A stretch of DNA of 55,847 nucleotides, taken from contig JAQVOS010000003.1 of the NCBI GenBank assembly GCA_028702495.1, positions 1 through 55,847 of the forward strand, in the 5' to 3' direction. The position numbers were made by a program, and so were the translations under genes. The stretch is from Bacilli bacterium (GTDB lineage Bacteria > Bacillota_I > Bacilli_A > ML615J-28 > CAG-698). Positions 41,903-50,411 of the stretch are shown one piece after another; positions within the stretch are counted from its first letter, which is position 1; every line of letters starts with the position of its first letter. Below the pieces are notes generated by a model. The model worked only from the letters and a program-made list of their open reading frames with translations. It was not told where the DNA came from and ran no database searches.

Positions 41903-44230
41903 ACTACCAGTGATAGAATTAATCATTCTATTGATGAATTAGATGATGATTTTAGTTCTATCACGGTAATCTCAAGTGATTTATCATTACCCACTGAAAA
42001 TACAACGTATCAAACAAGCATTTCATGGAATTCAAGTCATACACATATTGTGAGTAATACAGGGGTTTTTACAAAACCTTATCACGATACAGCCATTACA
42101 TTAACAGCGACCATATCATATGGGGAAGATAGCACGACCAAAGATTATACTTTTAATGTTGAAAGTGATTTTAAAGATTTGTCACAAGGAATCATTGCTG
42201 AATACTTGTATACTAGCATATCCAGTACAAGTGACTACACGTTTGAACAAGCCAACATATTGTTTGTTGCTTTTGGAGCCGCTAGTGCTACAGGAACGAT
42301 TAGCAATGCTTCCTCCATCGGATCAACCATTACTACGGATGTTGTGACTAAAGCCCATAACAATGGAACTCGTGTATTATTGTCTATTAATGGTGCTTCT
42401 AATTTAAGTGCGATTGCAGCTGATGCCACTTTAAGAACAACATTTGCTAACAACATTGTAAGTTTTATCAATACATATGGTATTGATGGAATCGATATTG
42501 ATTGGGAATTCCCTTCTAGTGCAGAAGCCACCAATTTCACATTGTTGATGAAAGAAATCTACGAAAAAGTAAAAGCAAATAATCCCTATCATTTAGTTAC
42601 AGCTGCTACTGGCATTGATACATATGTTCGATATGATTTAGAAAATTCAGTACAGTACTTAGATTATGTCAATATTATGACCTATGATATGCAAAGTTCT
42701 ACAACAGCAACGAATCATTCAGCACTTTATTATAAGAGTGGACATTGCTATAAAGCTATCAGTAATGCTTACACCTATTATGTAACCAATTTAGGATTAA
42801 ACGCCAACAAATTAATATTAGGAATTCCTTTCTATGGTAAAACATTTACGAATACGAATGGATTAGGAACAAGTGCTACATATTCAGGTTCAATAACATA
42901 TTCTTTAATTGTCTCTACTTATTTATCTAATGCAAATTATACCGAATATTGGGATAGTGATTGTCAAGTGCCTTATTTATATAGTGCTGTAGATAGAACT
43001 TTTATAACTTTTGATAATCCCACATCGATTTCATTAAAGATTCAGTATGCAGCTAGCAAAGGATTTGCAGGAATCATGTCTTGGCAAGATGGTCAAGATA
43101 GTAATGATATCTTATTTAGTGCTATGGTTGAGGGTATGAATGATAAAAGGATATCATTTAGTGCCAATATTGGCTTGTTAGGCCTACTTATTCAAGGAAA
43201 CAAATCGACCGTTTTACACAAAGATGTGAATTTTGGTGGATCAATAACCAATGAAGTATATGGTTCAGTAAATCTATATTCAACAAATAGTATCAGTATC
43301 AATACAAGTAAAAAGATGGCTGATGGCGATTTAGGCAGCGATAAAACTTATGGACTCATGGATTCATTAGAGTTTATTACAATTCATGATACTGGTAATA
43401 CATCCACAACTTCTAGCGCTTTAGCAAATACGAATTATATGCTTGATACTCCTAATGTGTCATGGCATTATACAGTAGGTGATAGTTCAATCTATCAAAA
43501 CATGAGTGAGGCATATACTGCTTACCATGCTGGTAGTGGGGCAAGAGTCTTTGCTTTACAAGATACAGGCATTGATGCTTCATACTATGGGAATAACACA
43601 CCGATCATAACATTTGATAATAATGGATATTATGCCATTAATGGTATTTCTACAACTCTTCGTCCTTATAGTGATGTGAGTGGAACAACTAAAGATAGTA
43701 CTAAATATACCACTTCACAAATAACCGAGTTTGGTATTTACTGGGCAATTGGTGCAAATGGTCACTATTATTTAAATAAAACATACTATAATAGCACTTA
43801 TGCTAAAGTGTGTAATTTTGGTGGAAATACAAACTCTATTGGGATTGAAACAACTGTCAATAACGGATCTGATATTTATCAAACATGGCAAAATACCGCC
43901 AAATTAGTAGCAGATATTCTAGTGAGAAATAATCTAACCCCAAATGAAGTTTTATCTCATAATGCATTTAGTGGTAAAGACTGTCCTCATACATTGTTGA
44001 ATGCGAATCTATTTGATGAATTCATAAATATGGTTATTATGGAGTACAATATTAGAAAGTACTATTCGGACTATACCATCGTTTTTGAAAGTATGTCTCC
44101 TGATGTTATTGATAATGATGGAAGAGTAATTGTTCCAATTACTAATGACACGACTGTATATTATAAAATTACCATTAGTAAAGAGGACATTAGTGAAAGT
44201 GTAATCCTTTCTTCCATAATTCCAGCATAA
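41903..44230 (+). CDS. Ig-like, GH18 chitinase-like, Amidase_2 and Ig-like region; same frame as the upstream ORF, with no signal peptide or evident RBS
   Basis: SDLSLPT..SISWNSS..TLTATI; DGIDIDWEFP; IHDT, SWHYTV, AYHAG, SIGIE, SH...KDCP; frame open from 41903. Confidence 0.8.
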   Translation, partial: TTSDRINHSIDELDDDFSSITVISSDLSLPTENTTYQTSISWNSSHTHIVSNTGVFTKPYHDTAITLTATISYGEDSTTKDYTFNVESDFKDLSQGIIAEYLYTSISSTSDYTFEQANILFVAFGAASATGTISNASSIGSTITTDVVTKAHNNGTRVLLSINGASNLSAIAADATLRTTFANNIVSFINTYGIDGIDIDWEFPSSAEATNFTLLMKEIYEKVKANNPYHLVTAATGIDTYVRYDLENSVQYLDYVNIMTYDMQSSTTATNHSALYYKSGHCYKAISNAYTYYVTNLGLNANKLILGIPFYGKTFTNTNGLGTSATYSGSITYSLIVSTYLSNANYTEYWDSDCQVPYLYSAVDRTFITFDNPTSISLKIQYAASKGFAGIMSWQDGQDSNDILFSAMVEGMNDKRISFSANIGLLGLLIQGNKSTVLHKDVNFGGSITNEVYGSVNLYSTNSISINTSKKMADGDLGSDKTYGLMDSLEFITIHDTGNTSTTSSALANTNYMLDTPNVSWHYTVGDSSIYQNMSEAYTAYHAGSGARVFALQDTGIDASYYGNNTPIITFDNNGYYAINGISTTLRPYSDVSGTTKDSTKYTTSQITEFGIYWAIGANGHYYLNKTYYNSTYAKVCNFGGNTNSIGIETTVNNGSDIYQTWQNTAKLVADILVRNNLTPNEVLSHNAFSGKDCPHTLLNANLFDEFINMVIMEYNIRKYYSDYTIVFESMSPDVIDNDGRVIVPITNDTTVYYKITISKEDISESVILSSIIPA

Positions 44231-44278
44231 GACATGCTAAAAAATAATATTTAATCTATTAAGATTATATTTCTTTTT

Positions 44279-44308
44279 AAGGAGGGACTTAAAGTTCCTC
44301 CTCTTTTT
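44279..44308 (+). terminator. Intrinsic terminator
   Basis: aggagggact-taa-agttcctcct followed by a T-run. Confidence 0.7.
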
Positions 44309-44389
44309 CGTTGTGATAGCTATAATAGACACATTTCTTCTTTTCTTTTGAAGAAATATTTGCTAAAATAGGATAAGGAGGACATTCTC

Positions 44390-45094
44390 ATGTATTATAA
44401 GATTGCTGATCTCATTGTGGATATGAATCCTCAATATGCCCCCTTAATCAATCAAATTGCCCCTTATAAAATAGATGATGTTCCCGAAGTTGTTCATTGC
44501 GTGATTTCTCAAGGCAATAAAACCATTACGGAACAAAACAAAAAATATCCCCGATTATCTAGGGGTGAAGTTGAGTACTTATTATATGGAGCTTATTTTT
44601 ATGATGCTTTATTGAAATATCAAGGAATCCTTCTTCATTCATCTTGCGTTATCTATCAAGGAGTAGCTTACCTCTTTTCTGCGAATTCAGGTGTGGGTAA
44701 GTCAACTCATACAAGTATTTGGTGCCGCATTTTTCCAGAAGCTTTTATTCTAAATGATGATAAACCTGCCCTCAGATTTGATGAGGATCGATTATATGCT
44801 TATGGAACTCCTTTTTCCGGGAAAACCAACCAAAATGTGAATGCGCGATATCCTGTTGCTGGAATTGCATTTATTCATCGGAGTGACATCAATAAAAGTG
44901 AACCTATTTCCACTAAGCAAGCTCTCGTTCGCTTTATGCAGCAAACATTAAAGCCCCATGATGAAAGTCGTTTTGATCTCATCGTTCAAACACTCGAATG
45001 TATCTTAAAAACTACAAGGTTTTATTCACTCGGCGTCAATATGTCAGATGAAGCCGCACTCATGGCCTATGATACGATGAGGCAAGATCGCTAA
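44390..45094 (+). CDS. HprK-related P-loop kinase-like protein A
   Basis: LLHSS, FSANSGVGKST, ILNDDKP, YGTPFSGK. Confidence 0.75.
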   Translation: MYYKIADLIVDMNPQYAPLINQIAPYKIDDVPEVVHCVISQGNKTITEQNKKYPRLSRGEVEYLLYGAYFYDALLKYQGILLHSSCVIYQGVAYLFSANSGVGKSTHTSIWCRIFPEAFILNDDKPALRFDEDRLYAYGTPFSGKTNQNVNARYPVAGIAFIHRSDINKSEPISTKQALVRFMQQTLKPHDESRFDLIVQTLECILKTTRFYSLGVNMSDEAALMAYDTMRQDR

Positions 45095-45134
45095 ATTGTT
45101 CATCACATAGTCAAAAGAGCAAATAAGTAAGGTA

Positions 45135-45163
45135 TTGCGAAAGAACGATTGTTGTGATAAAAT
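45135..45163 (+). promoter_or_regulatory. Internal promoter of the modification cassette
   Basis: TTGCGA-17 nt-TAAAAT with extended -10 (TGa). Confidence 0.55.
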
Positions 45164-45189
45164 ATTAGTAATATTTCTGAGGATATACT

Positions 45190-45615
45190 ATGAAAGAATT
45201 AACCTATCAAGAGATTATTGATCAATATGGTGGCTTTATTTATTATCCTGTTGGAACGAGCATGCTTCCTCTCATTGTGGAGGGAGTTCACTCCGTCAAA
45301 CTTGAAAAAATTAATCGCCCCATTCGTAAGTATGATATCGTCTTATATCATCGAGACAATGACCAATATGTTCTTCATCGTGTGGTTCGAGTTCATGAAG
45401 ATTTTTATGATATGAAGGGTGACAATCAATTTATGATTGAAAAGAATATTCGCAAAGATCAAGTGATTGCGATTATGAGTGGCTTATATTGTCAAGAACA
45501 AATCGTACCCCTCCAAGGTTTTCGATATCAAATTTCCATACGAATGAATCTTTGGTTTCGCCATTTTCGTCGACTCTTTCAAAAAATTAAGCATTTACTT
45601 AAACGCAAAAAATAA
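45190..45615 (+). CDS. S24/S26-family peptidase A
   Basis: GTSMLP, DIVLY, YVLHRV, KGDN; basic amphipathic C-terminus. Confidence 0.85.
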   Translation: MKELTYQEIIDQYGGFIYYPVGTSMLPLIVEGVHSVKLEKINRPIRKYDIVLYHRDNDQYVLHRVVRVHEDFYDMKGDNQFMIEKNIRKDQVIAIMSGLYCQEQIVPLQGFRYQISIRMNLWFRHFRRLFQKIKHLLKRKK

Positions 45616-45624
45616 GAGGGCTTT

Positions 45625-46347
45625 ATGAAAAAAGTATCAATTCTTTTACTTCTAATCACAATGTTTTTATTTAGTGGCTGTAAAGGTACGCCTCTAACAT
45701 CGCTCGAAGTTTCTTTTGAGTCCATTCGGTTGATAAATGAAGGATTAGAGGTTACTTTAAAACCTAATAGCGAGATACTTAAACAAGATAAACTCCATAA
45801 AATTGGGATAGCGATTGGTTGTTCTAAAGACTCCTCTTTATCAATCGAAGAAGCAATCAATGTGATTACGATTGATTTTGAAAAAGAGACTGATCAAGAA
45901 GATTATATTTTTCTTTTTGAAAACATTGATGAGAGTTTTTATAACGTAAGTCTTACAATTCAACCTTATCTCGTACTTAATAATGAAGAAATAGAATATC
46001 TAGCCAATCATTCAACGTGTATATTGTATCAACTAGCAAAACAAGAAGAACATACATATTCAGAGTGGGTTGTAAGTGTTGTAGAGGAGAAAGTGATTAG
46101 TGAGATTCGCTTAACTGCTGATTATCAAAATTATACAGTTCAGTCCCTCAGTGAAGGGTATCAAGCCATCCTTGAAACCGATTATAACTACATCACTATT
46201 ACCATCACCATTCTAGATGATTATTTACTTCGCACCACCTTTCAGTTAATTATCAATGATACAGTTTTAGTCCCCAAGAACATTCAACCCGATTATCGAA
46301 CCATTACTTATATGATTGATGATCCGAATTGGACACAACCTTACTAA
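45625..46347 (+). CDS. Lipoprotein of unknown function
   Basis: Lipobox FSGC; C-terminus IDDPNWTQPY. Confidence 0.7.
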   Translation: MKKVSILLLLITMFLFSGCKGTPLTSLEVSFESIRLINEGLEVTLKPNSEILKQDKLHKIGIAIGCSKDSSLSIEEAINVITIDFEKETDQEDYIFLFENIDESFYNVSLTIQPYLVLNNEEIEYLANHSTCILYQLAKQEEHTYSEWVVSVVEEKVISEIRLTADYQNYTVQSLSEGYQAILETDYNYITITITILDDYLLRTTFQLIINDTVLVPKNIQPDYRTITYMIDDPNWTQPY

Positions 46348-46377
46348 AAAACTGCAAAACTTTTTACATTGTAAAAT

Positions 46378-47550
46378 ATGAATGAAACGAGGAATTACTT
46401 GATGAAAAATAAAGACATAATTACCATTCTATATCATATTATTCACCCGGAAGTTTCTTGTTCGAACCCATTTACTTATAAAGAGGTTGAGGGCTTATTC
46501 AAGTTTCACAGTTTAGAGCCTTTCCTTTTTCTTGCTTACAAACAAGGACTGCTTGTAACTTCTCCTGAAGAAGAAACAAAAATTACAAAACAATATCAAA
46601 TCGCGATTTACAAAATGTCAGCTCAAGAAGAGGAATTAAAACTGATTAAAGAAACGCTTACCTCAAATCAAATTCTCTTTTTACCGATTAAAGGTTCTTG
46701 GGTTCGTGCTTGTTACCCTTCGCCTGAACTTAGAACCATGGCTGATCTCGACATTTTAGTTCCAAAAAATAAACTAAAAGTGGTCAAAGCTTGCATGCTA
46801 TCTTTAGGGTATACCAGTGAGCATGAAGGTGGAAACCATGATGTGTATCACAAACGTCCCTTTATGAATGTTGAAATGCATCGCAATATGGTCGATGAAT
46901 CCTATACTTTATCGAAATATTATCGTAACATTTGGGATCGACTGAATCCCAATGAAGGCGCCTACGAGTGTGCCCTTACGCCCGAAGATCATTACTTATT
47001 CCTCATTGCTCATAGTGCAAAGCACTATGGAAATGGAGGAACTGGGGTTCGCTCCGTTCTTGATATCTATTTTTATTGGAAAAAATTTCCTACCATGAAT
47101 AAAGAATATATTCTTGAAGAACTCCATAAACTTGAACTCGTTCAATATGAGGCAAGTCTATACGCTCTCTCTCAAAGCTGGTTTGAGGGTGTAATAGAAT
47201 CTGAAGAAATCACCATGATGGGAGAATATCTCCTTTCAAGTGGTGTTTACGGAACGACAACACATGCCGTTGCATCCGCGCTTAGTTCTATGGATGAAGC
47301 AACATCTCTTTCTTCGCGTAAATGGAAATATCTATGGCATCGGGCTTTTCCTCCCTTTAAAACGATGAAGCAACTCTATCCATCCTTGAAGGTATTCTTT
47401 GTATTTCTTCCTTTTTATTACCTCCATCGACTACTCAAGGGATTATTCACAGGAAAAGTGGCTCAACAAACCCAACAACTAAAACACATCAATGAACAAC
47501 AAGTACAAAAGAATCAACAAATAAAAGACAAAACAGGAGTACAAAAATGA
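46378..47550 (+). CDS. Nucleotidyltransferase family protein (NTP_transf_5-like)
   Basis: LPIKG..YPSPELRTMADLDILV, VEMH, H.AKH...G.GVRSVLD. Confidence 0.85.
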   Translation: MNETRNYLMKNKDIITILYHIIHPEVSCSNPFTYKEVEGLFKFHSLEPFLFLAYKQGLLVTSPEEETKITKQYQIAIYKMSAQEEELKLIKETLTSNQILFLPIKGSWVRACYPSPELRTMADLDILVPKNKLKVVKACMLSLGYTSEHEGGNHDVYHKRPFMNVEMHRNMVDESYTLSKYYRNIWDRLNPNEGAYECALTPEDHYLFLIAHSAKHYGNGGTGVRSVLDIYFYWKKFPTMNKEYILEELHKLELVQYEASLYALSQSWFEGVIESEEITMMGEYLLSSGVYGTTTHAVASALSSMDEATSLSSRKWKYLWHRAFPPFKTMKQLYPSLKVFFVFLPFYYLHRLLKGLFTGKVAQQTQQLKHINEQQVQKNQQIKDKTGVQK

Positions 47551-47810
47551 AAGTAAAAAAAGGGTTCATGCTACGTGAAGTAGCTCAAAATTTTGTTGTG
47601 GTTCCCGTAGGAAAAGCAGCGATTGATTTTAATGGAATTATCACTCTAAATGACACTGGCGCTTTCTTATGGAGTCAGTTGCTAGATGACATTGAATTTG
47701 CTGAATTGAAAGCAAGACTCAAGAAGGAATATCAAGTGGATGATAAAACTGCAAGCATTGATATCAAAAATTTTCTTGCTGAACTAGATCAAGCTAAATT
47801 AATAGAGTAA
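47547..47810 (+). CDS. PqqD-family RiPP recognition element
   Basis: 87 aa; FMLREVA..VVVP..FNGIITLNDTGAFLW..L..EY.VD. Confidence 0.9.
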   Translation: MKVKKGFMLREVAQNFVVVPVGKAAIDFNGIITLNDTGAFLWSQLLDDIEFAELKARLKKEYQVDDKTASIDIKNFLAELDQAKLIE

Positions 47811-47836
47811 AATCCATTATTACAATGGGAGGCCCC

Positions 47837-48844
47837 ATGAACTATATTACGCTTCGAAATCAAATGATTCAACAAGCAGCCAAAACCAAAACCCCGATTA
47901 TGGGTGAGTTTGAACTGACTCCCTCATGTAACCTAGCTTGTAAAATGTGCTATGTTCGTGAGACACAATCCCAAAAAGAATTAACAACGAGTCAGTGGAA
48001 AGAACTTTTTCTAGAGGCAAAGAAAGAAGGCCTCCTTTTTTGCTTGCTTACAGGGGGGGAAATCTTTCTTCGTAAAGATTTCCAAGAGCTTTATGAATAT
48101 ATATATGATTTAGGTATTCGTGTATCTTTATACACCAATGGAACATTAATTACGGATGAAGTGGTTTCGTTTTTATCTTTAAGAAAACCCGACTTTATTG
48201 GAATCACTTTGTATGGCGCGAATCCCGAGCAATATAAAGAAATCACAGGTTCATCCCTCGCGTTTCATCAAGTAGAAGCAGGAATTAAGCGACTTCAAGA
48301 GGCAAATATTCCTCTATTGGTTCGAACCATAGCCATCCAATCAATTTATCAAAATCTTGATGAAGTCATTCAATATTTTAAAGATCATCATTTTTCGGTA
48401 TCCTATAGTTTATATGTCGGACCTCGGCGTAGTTGCCCTGGAAGTGAAAGTGTTGATCGCCTTACTCCCTCTGAACTTGTTGATTATAAGAATCAATTTC
48501 TAGAAGCTTTTGGAGTATCAAAATCGATTGAAGTGAATGATTGCTTTAGTAGCTTTCGATGCGTTGCGGGAAAAAGTTCTTACTTTGTTCGTTGGGATGG
48601 AACAATCATGCCTTGTGCCATGCTCGAAGTACCTCGATTTGATGCTCTTCTTTCCTTTAAAAAAGCATGGGGCGATTTGGGTGAAGCGATTCAGAAAGTC
48701 CCGCTGTGTGATGAGTACGCCACTTGTTCGCTTCGATCTACCTGCATTCAATGCCCAGCAAGTCGGTATCTTGAAGGTGGATTCTCAAAATGTAGTTCTT
48801 ATTTAAAAGAAATAGCACGGGAACTTAAGGAGAAAGAGTCATGA
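47837..48844 (+). CDS. Radical SAM/SPASM-domain protein
   Basis: ELTPSCNLACKMCY, LTGGE, YTNGT; C-terminal C-x17-C and C-x5-C-x5-C-x2-C-x12-C; ATG 47837 follows GGAGG. Confidence 0.9.
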   Translation: MNYITLRNQMIQQAAKTKTPIMGEFELTPSCNLACKMCYVRETQSQKELTTSQWKELFLEAKKEGLLFCLLTGGEIFLRKDFQELYEYIYDLGIRVSLYTNGTLITDEVVSFLSLRKPDFIGITLYGANPEQYKEITGSSLAFHQVEAGIKRLQEANIPLLVRTIAIQSIYQNLDEVIQYFKDHHFSVSYSLYVGPRRSCPGSESVDRLTPSELVDYKNQFLEAFGVSKSIEVNDCFSSFRCVAGKSSYFVRWDGTIMPCAMLEVPRFDALLSFKKAWGDLGEAIQKVPLCDEYATCSLRSTCIQCPASRYLEGGFSKCSSYLKEIARELKEKES

Positions 48845-49686
48845 AAGCCTATAAAATTGCCTCCATTCTTCTAGGCTTTTCTCATCCCGATAACCCTTTG
48901 ATTGATGATCGATTGGTGCATTATGAAACACAAGAATCTCCTCAGTATGAAATGAGTGTGCTATATCACCCTTGTATTACGATACAAGAAGAAGTGACAA
49001 TGACTCATGAACAAGTTTGTACATATGAGGATTCAGATAAAACCATTACTTATACATACAATAAAAGTCATCAATTACTCTCGAAAGTAACCATTGCAAA
49101 AGATATGAAGCGAATTGTGATTGAATTATCAGAAGTATTGGGATCGAAACTTCCAATGATGGAATATGTTACAACGGGGCTTTATTTCTTTGAGATTGCC
49201 CTTCATGCGGGATATTTACCACTTCATGCATCCGCCATTATTCACGAAAGCAAAGCGGTTCTATTCTCTGCTCCATCAGGAGTAGGTAAATCTACTCAAG
49301 CAAATTTATGGAAAACGATGAATCCCAAAATTGAAATCTTAAATGATGATAAACCATTAATCTTATGTAAAGATGAAATACGCGTATTTGGAACCCCATG
49401 GTGTGGAAAAACATTTCAGAATAAGAATACCTCCGTTCCTCTAAAAGCCATTACTTTCATTGAACAAGGATTAGAAAATGTGATTACACCTCTCTCAAAT
49501 GAAGAAAAAATGATTCATTTATTTAAGAATACACATCGTAGCCAAATCTCAACTAATCTTGAAACGACCATAACCAGTATGCAAACCCTTATTGAAAAAG
49601 GAAATCTTTTCTTCTTTACTTGTACAAAAACACAAGAAGCATATGACACTTTATATCAATACTTATACGGTGAAGTCTATGATTGA
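48841..49686 (+). CDS. HprK-related P-loop kinase-like protein B
   Basis: LHASA, FSAPSGVGKST, ILNDDKP, FGTPWCGK. Confidence 0.75.
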   Translation: MKAYKIASILLGFSHPDNPLIDDRLVHYETQESPQYEMSVLYHPCITIQEEVTMTHEQVCTYEDSDKTITYTYNKSHQLLSKVTIAKDMKRIVIELSEVLGSKLPMMEYVTTGLYFFEIALHAGYLPLHASAIIHESKAVLFSAPSGVGKSTQANLWKTMNPKIEILNDDKPLILCKDEIRVFGTPWCGKTFQNKNTSVPLKAITFIEQGLENVITPLSNEEKMIHLFKNTHRSQISTNLETTITSMQTLIEKGNLFFFTCTKTQEAYDTLYQYLYGEVYD

Positions 49687-50119
49687 TAAGAAAATATCAA
49701 TTGAAGTAATGGGACCAATTATTGAAGAAACGATAAAACAAGATGGAACCGTTAAACTTCAAATATCTGGAAATAGCATGCGTCCCTTTTATATTCACCA
49801 AGAAACAATTGTTTGTTTGGAAAAGGTTCATTCGCCTCTTAAACAATTCGATGTTGTCTTTTATCGCAATGAAAACGAGCAGTATCTTCTTCATCGCATC
49901 ATCAATATTAAAGGAAGTACTCTTGTGATTTGTGGAGATGCTTTATCGCAAAAAGAATATATCGATGAATCTTTAATCATAGCTCGTGTACAGTATCATG
50001 AGCGAAATGGAAAAGTCACACCCTCTTCATCAAAGCGATATCAAATGAAAGTGAAATGGTGGAATAAACTCAGTCCACTACGAAAATACCTCATTCGGTT
50101 CTTTCCTTATAAAAAATAA
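49679..50119 (+). CDS. S24/S26-family peptidase B
   Basis: GNSMRP, DVVFY, YLLHRI, CGDA; basic amphipathic C-terminus. Confidence 0.85.
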   Translation: MIDKKISIEVMGPIIEETIKQDGTVKLQISGNSMRPFYIHQETIVCLEKVHSPLKQFDVVFYRNENEQYLLHRIINIKGSTLVICGDALSQKEYIDESLIIARVQYHERNGKVTPSSSKRYQMKVKWWNKLSPLRKYLIRFFPYKK

Positions 50120-50122
50120 CAT

Positions 50123-50157
50123 AAGAAGCCATTGCTTGATTCAATGTGCTTCTTTTT
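50123..50157 (+). terminator. Terminator closing the cassette
   Basis: aagaagc-cattg...caatg-t-gcttctt followed by a T-run. Confidence 0.7.
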
Positions 50158-50194
50158 GTATAAAAATGTAATGTTAAAAAAATATAAAAAGTTC

Positions 50195-50224
50195 TTGATT
50201 TTATGATATCGTTCGTGATAAAAT
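50195..50224 (+). promoter_or_regulatory. Promoter of precursor-2 operon
   Basis: TTGATT-18 nt-TAAAAT with extended -10 (TGa). Confidence 0.6.
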
Positions 50225-50272
50225 GATGTTAATGTTGCAAGATGCGACAAATAAAAAAGAAAGGTATTTTTT

Positions 50273-50401
50273 ATGATTCAAGAAGAAAAAAAAGAGTATC
50301 AAAAACCGGTCATTCAAGTGGTGAAATTTACCCTTGAAGAAGGGATTGCGGAAAGCACGATGAGTGGAGAAGGGCCAAATTTAATTTGTTTGGATGCATA
50401 G
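50273..50401 (+). CDS. Unannotated 42-aa RiPP-precursor-like peptide P2: MIQEEKKEYQKPVIQVVKFTLEEGIAESTMSGEGPNLICLDA
   Basis: Translated by hand; RBS AGAAAGGT; aligns to P1; stop codon overlaps the RBS of the next gene. Confidence 0.8.
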   Translation: MIQEEKKEYQKPVIQVVKFTLEEGIAESTMSGEGPNLICLDA

Positions 50402-50411
50402 GAGGATGAAT

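Noticed and set aside
47547-48844. PQQ biosynthesis (pqqD/pqqE)
   Set aside because: No pqqA (ExxxY core), pqqB or pqqC in the window; PqqD is a generic RRE.
44390-49686. Calling the two kinase-like genes hprK
   Set aside because: They share only the P-loop and DD motifs, lack the HprK N-terminal domain, and sit in an RRE/rSAM cassette.
39300-50401. Classical lasso peptide gene cluster
   Set aside because: The leaders look lasso-like, but the window has no asparagine-synthetase-like cyclase or transglutaminase-like B2 protease, and the P2 core lacks Asp/Glu at positions 7-9.
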